Assembly (NCBI GenBank): GCA_964016885.1
Contig: OZ024742.1
Span: forward strand, 196,602,001-196,666,000
Direction: 5' to 3'
Length of the DNA: 64,000 bases
DNA from: Eledone cirrhosa
Lineage: Eukaryota
Below the pieces are notes generated by a model, which saw only the letters and a list, made by a program, of their open reading frames with translations, had not been told where the DNA came from and did not search any database. Both the position numbers and the translations under genes were made by a program. This document shows positions 39,940 to 53,200 of the stretch, piece by piece (the first letter of the stretch is position 1; each line of letters starts with the position of its first letter).

Positions 39940-40590
39940 AATATGTGTGCAGTGCATATTTTCTGTATGTTTTATATATGTGTAAGTCCTGGGGTTTTGG
40001 TTATGTATCTGTCTATGTTCTTAATCATTCCCTGAGCCTCTGTTATTGTTGGTATTGTTTCTGTCTTCAACATCCACATCCAGGTTATTTCTATCACTAG
40101 ATCTTTATATTTGGATAGTTTCTCCATTTTCTTGTTAGATATATTGTCGTCTGTGGGGATAGGTACATCAATTAGAAGGTATTTCTCTTTTCTTTGTGAT
40201 CTTTGACTACAATATCTGGTTAGTTGGCTTTGATTTCCTTGCCTGTGTGTATTGGCATATCCCAGAGTATGGTTGCTTTGTTATTCTCTGACATCTTTTC
40301 TAGTATATGTTTTTGCCATTTATTTTCTGTTGGTATTTTGTAGTGTTGGCATAACTTCCAGTGTAAATAAATCTTAACTGTATCGGTCTGTATACATTCT
40401 ATTTTGGCTAAAACTGGACAACCAGAGACAATGTAGTTAATTGCTTCTTCCCCATATTCATATATTGTACATTACTTTCTGTGTTTTGTTTCATTGTTTA
40501 TTTTTGTTGGTTTCTGGTAATGAGGCTTTGATCATGCGCTGCAATTAGAATCCTTCAGTCTCAACACTTCTTAGCCAGTTTTATAAATTT
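39940..40590 (-). mobile_element. R4/Dong-like non-LTR retrotransposon 3' fragment with restriction-like endonuclease
   Basis: Minus strand gives ILWDMPIHTGKEIKAN..PDIVVKDH...LIDV.IPTDDNI...EKLSKYKDL; upstream IAAHDQSL, C.IC, VSGCPVLA remnants. Confidence 0.75.
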
Positions 40591-40596
40591 TGCTTG

Positions 40597-41545
40597 GTGT
40601 CTGGTTTGATCCAGATCACCAGGTGGTCAAGAACTGGGATGAGGTGATGAGCAGGGTAGCATGTCTCATACAGAAATGGACCAAGTGGAAGCTATCCCTG
40701 AAAGGTTAGGCAGCAGAGAATGCCTACATTGCCACCATCATCTATTATTATCTGATTGCATAGAAGCATCTGGAAGGACCAAGTATGTTGTGGCTGATAA
40801 TGTACAAACATGTGTTGTGACTGTATTTTCTTGATAGTAAACAAGTGTGGTCACTATTTGTCAGCTGAGTCTTTACCCAGCTCATCTCTGAATGAGCTGC
40901 AGTCCTGGGTCAAATGAAGACCAAGTCATGGTGCTTGGAAACTAGAATGTTGTCAAGCACTTACAGCTCTCTGCCAAAGTTCCCCTTTGGTATTCTATAG
41001 AGGTTTAGTGGTTGGTAAAATCAATGATATTCTTAGGTAGACTCTGGACATTGACAAAAATCAACTAGTTTGACTGTTCCAAAAGGCTTTCAGTTCAAGG
41101 TTCATGGATAATTTCCAGAAATCTCTGGCTTTAGCAGTGCAACTGTGGGGCATTATCAGTTCAGGATAAACTTTACAGATATGAAAGTGCTGTCAGCCAG
41201 GCTTGTCTGAAATGCATGCGGGTCAATAAAACAGTCCTGCATGCACTCGCCCTGTACCTAAGCTGACTTATGGAGTTATGTTGAACAGCTTCTATCATGT
41301 TGTAAGATTAGCTGCATTTCTTGTGTAGTATATATACATATATATAGTTCATTGTTAAGATCACCCTGCCATCTTCCTTTGGCCAGGAATGACAAGGCAT
41401 TTTTATCTGTCAGATGGCCATAACAAAAGAGGTGGTGTGGTGGACAAGATTAAAAGGGCTGAAGATAGACACTTCCATTTAGGCCTTCATCAATTTCCCT
41501 TGAAAAGAAAATTGGAGGTGGAAAAGGAAGTGCTGTCTTTCAGCA
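40597..41545 (+). mobile_element. Old, decayed Tx1 LINE 3' fragment
   Basis: Colinear nucleotide similarity to 3775-4870 (GTCTGGTTTG..CCAGGTGG..AAGAACTGG; TGGTGGACAAGATTAAAAGGGCTGA). Confidence 0.8.
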
Positions 41546-44029
41546 AATAAAATAAGTACCAGTAATGCACTGGGGTCAATTTAATCAACTTTCCCCTTTC
41601 CTTCAGATTACTGGCCCTGTATTAAAAGTAGAAACAATTATAAAGGTGGTGTATTGGCAAAGATTTTAATACATTGGACAAAATGCTTTGTGGCATTTAG
41701 TTCCGGCTCTTTACAAAGGTTGACTTTACCTTTCATTCTCCCAAGGTTGATAAAATGAAGTACCAGTAAAGTACTAAAGTCAGTATTATCTACTTACCCT
41801 CCTACACAAATTGCTGGACTAAGCTAATATCACAATATTATCCCTCTCCAGGTGTAAACACAGCTGGTTTCTTTCAGAGTAAGAAAGAGAGATAGAGAAC
41901 TAGAGACAAATTGAGAAAGAATCTGGACTGGTACTATATTTGTTGAGATCAAAGGATGAAAGGCAATGTCGACCTTGGTGGGATTTGAACTCAGAATACA
42001 CAGTGTTGGGAGGAATACCACAAAGCCTTTATCTGCTGTTCTATATATGAAGGGTTTTTTAATATTTCTTTATTAGTTTTTTATATTTAGTTTGTTAGCA
42101 ATAACATTCTTAAATATATAAGTCTATTTGACCTTTTGATACCACAAAGTGTTTCAAAAACCTTCCATCATAATTTTACATAGAAACTTTTGTTGGGATA
42201 TATTTCAAACACCATCTTCATAATGAGAACGTTATTTGTATTAATAAATCCCTTTGTATTCTTAATTATTTTCAAAAATTATTTGTAAGTCATAGGTAGT
42301 GTCTTTCATTTTAAATATGGTAAAGAAAAGGTTAATGTTTTAAAGTCTTTACAGCCCTATTGACTTATTTAACAGAACAGATCCTAACTGGAATAAACAC
42401 CAGCAACTAAATTGATGAATACCAACTGATGAATACCAACGGAATATTTGTCACAGGAAAACAATATTCCTACGAGGCATTTTATTAATATCCCATTTTA
42501 AATACAATTTATATAATGAATGTGAATAAGCAGATATATACATTAATAATTGTTCCTACTTTTGGCACAAGGCCAGCAATTACCCAGTGTATTACTGGTA
42601 CTTTATTTTACCAACCCCATAAGGATGAAAGGCAAAGTTAACCTCGACGGGATAATTGTTTCTACTTTAGGCACAAAGCCAGCAATTTGAAGGGGAGGGG
42701 AAAGTCGATTAAATTGACTCCAGTTCATTACTGGTACTTTATTTTAATGACCCTGTAAGGATGAAAGGCAAAGCTAACCTCAATGGGATTTGAACTCAGA
42801 ACGCAAAGGGCCGGAACTCTATGCTTGCAAAGCATATTGTCCGACGAATAATAATGATTTCTCTATTAGCCACACAGGGCTCATATTAAGTAAACTCCAA
42901 AGACGGCACAGGACGATACAGTGTGGGTTTATTGTGCAAAATAACATTTATAACAGAGATTAATAAAGCAAACATTTAAAAACAAACATAACAAATTCTC
43001 CAATGGTGGGGAGACTCCAAGGGTCACTCGTGGAGAAAGCCCACAAAAAGCCATGGTCACTCTGCCCACTAGGACAAAGTGCCCCTTCCAAGTTGTTCTC
43101 ATAATAATTGGTTCTACTATGGGCACAAGGCCAGCAATTACTGGTGCTTTATTTTATTGATGCTGTAAGGGATGAAAAGCAAAGCAAAGCTGGATTTGAA
43201 CTCAGAACATAAAGGGCCGTAACTCAATGCAACACAACATGTGTCTGATACCCTACCGATTCTGCCAATCCACTGCCCTCGGTTGTTCTCCATTGTTTCT
43301 ACTTTTGGCACAAAGCCAGCAATTACCCCAATGCATTACTGGTGCTTTATTTTATCTATCTCATAAGGATGACAGGCTAAGTTAACCTCGGTGGGATTTG
43401 AACTCAGAACGTAAAGGGCCATAACTCTATGTTGCAAATAATTAATTGTTTCTACCTTTTTTTTTAAAACAATAACAATAGAGTAGAAGAACTGCAAACT
43501 CAACCACACACCACAAGGGATGCTGATGATTCTCTCTAATAATTTCATCAGGTTTTTATATTTACATAATAATGCAGTAATGCTGCAGGTATGATGACTT
43601 GCCTCAAAAAGTTCCAATGACCCTTGTTGTGTGTAACCGATTGGTGCACTTAGTGTTGAATTGATAGGTTTTTTTTCGCTTTGATTATATATTTTTGTGT
43701 ATTTTATTTATAAGGTTCCTAGCAATAATTAATTGATTATATGTATGTATTTCTATTTTATATAAATATATACTTTTATTCACTGTTGTGTGAAAAAAAT
43801 CTAATAATATAATGCTTACAGAACGAAAACACAAACAAATATAATATATATAAAGGAAAGGGAAAGGAAAATAAAAAAAAATAAGAGGAAAAGAAAGAGA
43901 AAAAACACATGAGCAGGTAGTACACACACCTAGGACCACATACAACAAACGGTAAGAGAAAGGGGTGGACAACTGAGCCACTACCAGAGCAAAAGATAAT
44001 AGTATCGCGAGGAGCACTGGGAAACCTCT

Positions 44030-44225
44030 CTAATAATTTTTGAGGCAAACCAGTACACTCGCAGCGTTACCTTGGGTGATAGCGAGGCTGATATGCTGCA
44101 ACAATCAAGCGCCCTCACAAGCATCACCAGTTACCTCTGTTAGACGACCCGCAATCGGAACCCAGACTCACCCAAACGCCTGGAATGCCACAGGCTGGAA
44201 AATGTAGTTAAACAGTATTCCAACT
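44030..44225 (-). mobile_element. CRE-clade-like non-LTR retrotransposon 3' end fragment
   Basis: YIFQPVAFQAFG..IAGRLTEVTGD..LLQHISLAITQGNAASVLVC resembles the QR(L/I)S.A.QRGNA C-terminus of RLE elements; contains stops. Confidence 0.6.
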
Positions 44226-44349
44226 ATACCGGTGGCAAAATCCTCACTAATTCTTGACATAAACATTATTTAAGGGCACGTGCTGTTTACATGTAGCTTT
44301 ACACCTCTCCCAACATTGTAAAATGTAATTGTATAAAAATAAAACTGCG

Positions 44350-44780
44350 TACTTTCAGGTCTCGAATAAACGTTCCCTAGCCACTTATTAATTTTCAGGA
44401 ACCCCCACTTATTAAATTTTGTTACCTTTGCAAGCAGGGAAAAACGGACGTAAAATGATGATGATGATGATGATGATGATGATCTCCAGCGAAATTTTAT
44501 TTTAAGTGGTAGCATCCCTGCGACAATTAATTTTCTTTATACATTAAAAAAAAAACATTATACATAACAAAAAAGTACATTAATAGAAATCCTATAAGTT
44601 ATAAAATAAATAGGATGGGTTGGGATCTCAATATGTAAACTAAATGACTAATTCTGGTTTCTAAAAAATTCACTGGAGACAACCTAGAGAAATTACTGAT
44701 TTTCCACTACACCTCCCCCACTTATTTCAACTCCCAAGCTTATTCCACCCTCCCCCACTATTATTTGGGACCCGAGAGTA
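44350..44780. mobile_element. MITE family with TACTCTCGGGTCCCAAATAA-like TIRs; other copies near 19108, 55030-55385, 56461
   Basis: Ends TACTTTCAGGTCTCGAATAA and TTATTTGGGACCCGAGAGTA; shared internal sequence among copies. Confidence 0.65.
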
Positions 44781-45567
44781 AGCATGGAAAAGGGAACAAA
44801 ACCCACATATTGATGACTATATATATATATTAGCTGGTCCCATGCCGTCAAAAATGACAGCATGTAATATGTATACATAATATAAAAAAAGAAATGTTTG
44901 TTGGTTGGTTGATTCCTTCGCGCTCACTCACACAAGTGATACAAACATACACACAGACAGCTATGATGAATCTTAGAACGCTGGACTTCTATAGTTTCTC
45001 ACCCACCCACCCCCCCCTCTTCTCAGTCATCACATAGACGTTATCTCCCCTTCCTTTCTCAGTCGACGTTATCACTCCTTCCTTTGTCAGTTGCTATCAC
45101 CACTTCCTTCGTCAGTCATCTCTTGTGACGGACGAAATCACAAACGTTGGCAGTATCGTTAGAGGGTCGGACGCCATGCTCTGCAGTACAGTTACGTCCC
45201 TTTACGGTCTGAGTTCAAATCCCGCCGAGGTTAACTTTGCCTTTCATCCTTACGGGGTCGATAAAATAAAGTACCAGTAATACACTGGGATAATTGCTGG
45301 CCTTGTGCCAAAAAGTAGAAACAATTATATATTGGCAGTATTGGTAGAGAGTCAGACGCCATGCTTTGCAACATAGAGTTACGGCCCTTTATGGTCTGAG
45401 TTCAAATCCCGCCGAGGTTAACTTTCCCAGTAACACACTGAGATAATTGCTGGCCTTGTGCCCAAAGTAGAAACAGTTATATATTAGTAGATACCTTAGA
45501 ACATCAACTTGCTAAAATAGCAATAAAACCTAAAATGAACAGATGCATATTTCGAAGAGAGGTAGTA

Positions 45568-45995
45568 TAATAATAATAATGAAATTATTGTGTAAAGTGC
45601 TCAGGTGCACTACAACTCGTCAAAGGTGCATGTATAGTACATAGAATAATACACAAATGTCAGGGAAGTACATGTGTGTATGTGTTAGCTGTAGTGTTGG
45701 CGGATCTCGGGAAGCATGGAGGCCTTAAAGGATGCAGTGTCTCGACAGCTAACAACTGATGCAGGTAGTTTGTTCCATGCTTCAGCAACTCTGAGCGTGA
45801 AAAAATGTTTCCGAAAGTCATGGGAACTGTGCTGTTTTCTGACTTTGTGGGCATGTCCACGTGTGTTAGACACGTGGAAATCAAAAAGGTACTCAGGGAT
45901 GTTGTTGGCAACATGGTTAACAATATGAGACCGACAACCAAAACTCTTCCGCTGCAAAGTTTTTCAATATCCAGGCAATTGCTAATGGTACCGGA
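45568..45995 (-). mobile_element. CR1-like LINE 3' end with (TAA)n tail
   Basis: SNTRGHAHKVRKQHSSHDFRKHFFTLRVAEAWNKLP. Confidence 0.85.
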
Positions 45996-46226
45996 GATCA
46001 CCATTAGGATGAAGAATAGACAAGTTAACGAGATAAAGGTAGGCTACTCTTGGAGGAAAATGTTAGCAAACTGATATTAATTATCTTCCATTTAGTGTCA
46101 AGTGTGTCAGTTTTAAAATGTCAACTTCTGAATGTATTTATATATATACAAGAAGTGCTGGACTTTCCTTCTAATATGTTAATTGTAAATCTCAAAATAT
46201 TACCGTCATGCCATTCAATTTCATAT

Positions 46227-46271
<45 letters not shown>

Positions 46272-46405
46272 ACACCACCACCACAACTACTATCACCAAT
46301 ACTTCTTCTACCACTACCACCACTACTACTACTAATACTACTACTACCACCACCACCACTACTACTACTGCAACCGCTACTACTCCAACCACAACCACCA
46401 CCACC

Positions 46406-46470
<65 letters not shown>
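46227..46470. repeat. (TAC)n/(CAC)n compound microsatellite
   Basis: Read directly from the sequence. Confidence 0.95.
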
Positions 46471-46519
46471 ATCAGTAGACTAAATTTGTTTCAAAATGAT
46501 TTACGTTTTAATTGCAAAT

Positions 46520-47830
46520 TCAACCCCAATAACACTTGAATAACACCCACCAACCCTGCACCCAACCCCAATAACACTTGAATAACCCCCCGCCCTCCAT
46601 CCCACCACTCAAATAATCCCACCCACCACACTCGAATAACCCCCACGCCACCACTACTCGAATAACCCTCCACCGCCACTCAAATAACCCCACCACCACT
46701 CGAATAAACCCCACCCCCCACCACTCGAATAACCCTCCACCCCACCAACATTCGAATAACCCTCCACCCTACCACCATTTGAATAACCCTCCACACTACC
46801 ACCACTCAAATAACCCCCCACCCCATCAACACTCGAATAAACCTCACCCCACCACCACTTGAATAACTAACCCTCACCCCACCACCACTCAAATAACCCC
46901 CCACCCCATCAACACCCGAATAAACCCCACCCCACCACCACTTGAATAACTAACCCTCACCCCACCACCACTCAAATAAACCCCACCCCACCACCACTCG
47001 AATAACCCTCACCCCACCACCACTCGAATAACTCTCACCCCACCACTACTCGAATAAGCCCTCACCTCAATCCACTACCATTTAAATAACCTCTCACCCG
47101 ACCCCACTACCACCACTCGAATAACCTCCACCATAGATTTCATTACTAGGATACCTTTCTTTTTATTTGCCACCAGGGCGTCAAAGAGTGGGACAGGTAC
47201 AAGGGGGGAGTTTACATAAAAAGGCGTCCTCAATTAAAATAGTAACTTAATGTAAGGTTATTATGTTGGCTTATTCGAGTGGAGGTGGGGTGAAAAGGGG
47301 GTTTATGTGAGTATTGGTGGGGTTGGATTATTCGAGTGTGGCGGGGTGGGGTGGAGGTAATTCAAGTGGTGGTGGGGTGGGGTGGGGTGGGGTATTATTC
47401 GAGTGGTGGTGGGGTGGGATGGGGTTATTCGAGTGGTGGTAAGGTTGGAGGGTTATTCAAGTGATGGTGGGGTGGGGTATCATTCGAGTGGTGGTGGGGT
47501 GGGATGGGGTATTATTCGAGTGATAGCGGGGTGGGGTGGAGGTTATTCAAGTGATGGTGGGGTGGGGTGGGGTATTATTCGAGTGGTGGTGGGGTGGGAT
47601 GGGGTTATTCGAGTGGTGGTAAGGTTGGAGGGTTATTCAAGTGATAGTGGGGTGGGGTATCATTCGAGTGGTGGTGGGGTGGGGTGGGGGTATTATTCGA
47701 GTGGTAGCGGGGTGGGGGTAGGGATAATTAGAGTGGTGGGTGGGGGTTACTTTATTGGTGGAGGTGTGGGTGTGGTTTATTCAAAGAAGATGGGGGGGGC
47801 TATTCGAGTGGGTGTGGGGATTATTGGTGG
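46520..47830. repeat. Foldback structure: two inverted arrays of ~28 bp CCACCACCACTCGAATAACCC units
   Basis: Left arm 46520-47130 is C-rich with CTCGAATAA; right arm 47270-47830 is G-rich with TTATTCGAG. Confidence 0.9.
47152..47234 (-). mobile_element. Very short Tx1 3'-terminal insertion
   Basis: Reverse complement of 32030-32110. Confidence 0.88.
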
Positions 47831-48410
47831 CACTTTGAACCTAGGGTGCCGAACTATGGCATTGCAGAGCTAGGGTGGTACATTATGGAACTGCGGAGCT
47901 TCAGTGACATTGAAATATGGAGCTAAGGTGATCCCCTATGAAAATGTGGAGATAGTGTGGGAAAATATGGCACTTTGAAGCTAGGGTGCCGCAGTATGGC
48001 ACTGCGGAGCTAGGGTGGTACACTATGGAACTGGGAAGTTTGAGTGACACATTATGGAAATATGGAACTTGGATGTCGCAGAATGGCAATAGGGAGATTA
48101 TGTGGCAAAATACAACACTTCGGAGCTAGGGTGCCGCACTATGGCACTACAGAGCTATGGTGTCACAACTCTGGAATTGGGGAGCTTCAGTGACACAGCA
48201 TGGAAATATGGAGCTAGGGTGACACACTTTGGCATTGGGAAGTTTGAGTGACAAAGTATGGAAATATGGAACTAGGATGTCGCAGTATCGCAATGGCGAG
48301 ATAGGGTGACAACATACGGCACTTCGGGGCTAGGGTGTCACACTATCGCACTCCGGAGCTAGGGTGGCACACTATGGAACTGGGGAGATCGTGTGGTACT
48401 TTGAAGCTAG
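47831..48410. repeat. ~29 bp minisatellite (CACTATGGCACTGCGGAGCTAGGGTG...)
   Basis: GGAGCTAGGGTG and CTATGG motifs recur periodically. Confidence 0.85.
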
Positions 48411-48590
48411 TTTATATATAAATTGTGTTTATTTGCAAGCATTCTGTTAAAACAAACATATGCAGGCTTTCTCACACAGTCCACCAACACGCTTTCCTCC
48501 AAGAGTAGCCTCCCTTCAACCTGCATAATCCGATAGTCTTCGCTTCGCAGCATCTGATAGAACTTTGAGATCTCGTTGAAACACCTAAGC

Positions 48591-48608
48591 ACTACATTTC
48601 CCATTAGA
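48591..48608 (+). promoter_or_regulatory. ZNF143/Staf (SBS)-like motif ACTACATTTCCCATTAGA
   Basis: Matches the ACTACAnnTCCCA consensus; ~420 bp upstream of the NUP214 ATG. Confidence 0.55.
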
Positions 48609-48912
48609 CTCAAACTGGTTCCAAATTTTGAATAAAATATTATTTTTTAAATCCCTTCTCGGATATTTTGTCACCTCGATTCCAGGAGGGTGTGATGTAA
48701 TGAATCACTTATATTCATTAAAAAAAAAAGAAGATAATATTAAATTTGTGATGTGCGAACAAAACCAACTTGCGCCAATATATGATCTTTGCAGTTTAAT
48801 TTACTACTTACATATGTACGACTTAAAATAAATATCTGTACTAAGATTGTTGACGACACAGGTACATAGGTTCTCAGATACGTAAGAAACGTGAAGTAGT
48901 GTTACACCGCTT

Positions 48913-48926
48913 TTACGCATGCGTAA
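48913..48926. promoter_or_regulatory. Palindromic NRF1-like site TTACGCATGCGTAA in the NUP214 promoter
   Basis: Perfect 14 bp palindrome ~90 bp upstream of the ATG in a locally CpG-containing segment. Confidence 0.5.
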
Positions 48927-49010
48927 TAACTACCATATAAAAAGGCGAACAACTTGAAATAGAATTTAATGTTTTGTTCATAGTGAGTTGTTTTCCATTT
49001 AAAGTTGACG

Positions 49011-49037
49011 ATGAGTGGAAGTCAGCGAGATATCAAG
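49011..49037 (+). CDS. NUP214: NUP214 exon 1 (MSGSQRDIK)
   Basis: ATG at 49011, AAG|GTAAGT donor, in frame with exon 2. Confidence 0.8.
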
Positions 49038-50163
49038 GTAAGTTTGTGATATATATATACACACACACACACATATATATATATATAATATATTTCTAAC
49101 TCAACGTTGTGATATATCAGATAATGTTGGTGCTTCTCCAGAATAGCCCACCCATCCATGGTAAATTAATATAATCCGCATTAGATATACAAAAAGAAAC
49201 TGGATAATCTCTGCTCGAACTCCTTTTACCATACGTCGTTTGTTTCATTGTTCATTTTATTAAACCTTACTCATTCTTTACTACACAAACACCGTGCTTA
49301 AAAAACAAACTATTCTAGTTTTATATTCCATTGTATTGTCAACATAATCAAAGTTTAGCTGCTCATAACTTTCTTCGTGCGTATTTTTAAATGAACTTTT
49401 GCAGAGATACATTTTCAGGCATTGTACTAGACACGTTCGCCGAAACCTGAAAATAAACGATGAAATTAAAAGTGATAGTAGGAAATCATAATTTTTATGT
49501 CCGCTATCTACGTTAGACTGGACAGGTGACCACGACTTGCTCATACGTTCCCTATTTGACATGGTTTATATCTATTGTTGGATGCCCTTCTTAACACCAA
49601 CCACTTTTACAAGGTAGTGGTAGTGGTGCGTTTTATCGTGACACCAGAACTAGAGAGGTCACATTGTTCATCCAAACAGAAGGGCCCTTTCAAACGTTAT
49701 ACTGTCACCGTTCAGTCACCAACACCATCTTCTTGTCATCCACAGCTGTATTGCTTATTATTTCATAAAGAAAAGTTCGAAAAAGAAAGTCTGACTTTGT
49801 TATTTAACATTCTGTACATGGGCAGTCATTTATGATGTGGTTGGTTTCCAATGGGAGAACAGTGGAGTTTTTAGGAAGGTGTTTAGTGGAAATGTTTTGA
49901 GGATTTTTTTCAACTGAGTCTGTTATCAGTTAGATATACAGATCAGAATTTGGTTTGAAAAGAGGTAAAATGCATCATCATCGTTGTCGTCATTTTACGT
50001 CCATTTTCAATGTTGGTAGGGGTTGAATGGGTTGTAACTTAATTGAAACTACTGTACTCCAGATGAATTGGTAGTGTGGGGTTCTGTCACATTGAATATA
50101 TTCCATTTTTGGCATGGTTTCTGTAGTTTTACATCCGCTTTTCCACACTTGCATGGGTTTGAC

Positions 50164-50212
<49 letters not shown>

Positions 50213-53200
50213 AGTTTATTTTACACGTGTGAGAAAGAAATTAAACATAGGTGCAGGCATGGCTGTGTGGTTAAGGTGTTTGCTTCACAACCATGTGGTT
50301 CTGAGTTCTGTTCTGCTGCAGGGCAAATAAGTCTCTTATATAGCTATAGCTTGACCAATGCATTGTATGTGGAATTGGATAGATGGAAGCCCATCATGTA
50401 TGCGTGTGTGTGTCAGTTTGTGTTTGTTTATGTACTATAACTTAACAGTTTGACAAAAGAGGGATCAATAAAATAAGTACTGGGGTTGATATTATTGTCT
50501 AAAGATAATGCTGCAGCATGGTCACAGCCTGTCTGAAACCAATAATAGAATAAGTAGTAGAGTCAATAAGATTGACTAAATCAAGCAGGTGCCACATCAT
50601 GACCATGGTCTGATGAATGAAGCCAGTAAAAGAATAAGTACTTGGGTTGATAAGATCGACTAAATCAAAATGGTACCCTAGCATTGCTGCAGTCTGCTGA
50701 CTGAAACCAGTAAAAGAATATCTCGTATTGAAAGCTTTAAAGATAAAACATTTATGACCATATTGCAGTGTGGCTCTTTAATTTGGATGTAAAAATATTT
50801 TGTTGTTCCAAATATACATTAAGCAGAAATTTGATCAAAGGCGTTACAGTTATGAGCAACACGTTTTTCCAAGATATATAGCACCCACAACCATGCTATC
50901 TAATGTGAAAGATGGTAGAATTTTTATTTGATGCACCTATTGTGTTTTGTACTTTTCAAGAATGTCTTACTAATGTGATTTCATGAGGTACAGGACATTA
51001 AAAGTTAATCTCATTTAAAATCTCCAGGATCAATAACAAAAGATTATGTGACCCAGGGTGTAAACTGCCTGAAAAAATGATATAGCTACAGCTTCAATGA
51101 TTTTGGTCATACAGCTACTTAAATTTCGATGTCCTTACCACGTGAAACCACATTAATAGGGTATTCTTGAAAAGTATAAAACAGCACTATGACTGCATCA
51201 CATTAATAATTCACGTGTAATACTGTAAATTTTCACAGGATCTGTCAACTGGGAAAGAGACTATAAATATTTGAATTAACAAACCACATTAAAAATCAGT
51301 CTTTACACTAATACTGCAAATTTTCACAGCAGTCTGTCTACTGGTAACGATGCTAAAAGCATTTGAATTAACAAGACAGCTCTAAGAAGTCCATAGGATT
51401 TGTGATTTTGAACTGAAATCACAAATAGAAAACAAGAATTTTTCTTCTAAATCATTGCAGGGTGTTGACAAGAACTTAACCCTTTAACATTTAAACTGGC
51501 CGTATCCAGCCAGAATTCTCCCACATCTTTCTGTTCAAACCTGCTGTAACCGGCCACTCATACTGATATTAAGGTATTGTTCTCAAAATAGATATCAAAA
51601 TCTCATAGATTCAATATTATGCGAGGTAAAGCCTTCACCATGAAAATATAATAGTATATATAGAATAATGTAAATATTAAAGGGTTAAACAACAATCAAG
51701 TTAAGAGAACTAAACAATCATTTGAAACTTTGCATTGGTTGGGGTGAGGATGGGGGGATATTCAAATTATTAGTGAGTTATTGCAATAACTGTTTCTACT
51801 TTAGGCACAAGGCCAGCAATTACCCAGTGCATTACTGGTACTTTATTTTATCGACCCCGTAAGGATGAAAGGCAAAGTCAACCTCGGCGGGATTTGAACT
51901 CAGATCGTAAAGGGACGTAACTATGCTGGAAAGCATGGCGTCCGACCCTCTACCGATACTGCCAATGCAGCAATAACATTTATTGTTAATTTTATTTTGT
52001 TTTATTTTTTTCTTAAATTATAGGATTTTGAATTTCAACAGCTATGTAAATTCCGTTTATTCCAACCTATTGCTGATACCCATAAACAGAGAAGTTCTCT
52101 TTTGGCTTCATCAAGCAAATATGGACTTTCTTTTGCTGGATTTGGAAATAGTAAGTAATTTTGTTGTTTGTGGATTTTTTTTTTTTTTTTTCAGTTATTG
52201 TTTTTCTTTCTTTAGAATTTATTGAATGTGGCTGTGTGGCCATTGTATTGGGTAAATTCTACACCATTGCCATAATCAGCATGGATTTTACTATTTCATA
52301 TTTTGTTTTCCTTTAAGTGAAAATTACCTGTTACTGAAGGATATTGTTATTTACCAACACGTGACAGTGAAGGGAACCTCTCTGCAGTTGCTTGACATGT
52401 TAGAAATAGCAACCAAGTCATACTCTGAGAAAAAAGAATATTGAAAAACAGTCAGGATGGTTACAACTGCATTACCTTTGATCTCAGATTTCTTGTATCA
52501 CATTTAACCTGACACTGAAGAGTTGGAATATGTTTGGTCAAAGGACTCTTGTTTCATATCTAACCTGACACTGAATTGGAATATGTTTGGTCATAAGTAT
52601 CTTATATCACATCTAACTATATAGAACTAGCAGGGGTACCCAGCGTTGCACAGGATAAGGTATTTTGGAACGCTGGCCACCAACAGACCTAATCGTGGAA
52701 AAACTGCATGCCTGGACAATATGTAAAGAAAATAAACCGAATACTCTGATGGCTAGATAATCTTTAAGATTTTCCTCGATGAAGCAGGAAAAATGCAGGT
52801 TTTCACCTAATGCAAGCCCTAGGGGATCAAGAAAGCGAATTGTTTTTTATGTGCATAATATGCCTTGAAATTTCGGGAAAATTGGCTTGACGTAACGCCT
52901 CAAAAACCCCTAAAAAGCTAAAAAAATGAAGTTTTTCACCTAATGCGGGCCCTAGGGGATCAAAAAGTTGAATTTTTGTATGTGCATAACACTCTGAAAC
53001 ATAAGTAATACACATGTAAAGTTTGAAAAAATTCGGTTGGGTACTTCTCGAGTTTTAGGGATTCGAACTCACACACACACAGACAGACATCTGCTAGGGG
53101 GGGGGGGGGGGGGGGTTCTGCTAGTCTATATATCTAAAACAGAGAATGTCTGTCTGTCTGTCAGCTCACTAAAACTTGAGAACCATCTAACCGATTGTTT

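Noticed and set aside
46050-46483. Poly-Leu/Pro/Thr ORFs resembling mucin or signal peptides
   Set aside because: Translations of the (TAC)n/(CAC)n microsatellite.
47382-47873. Gly-rich 163 aa ORF
   Set aside because: Translation of the G-rich foldback arm.
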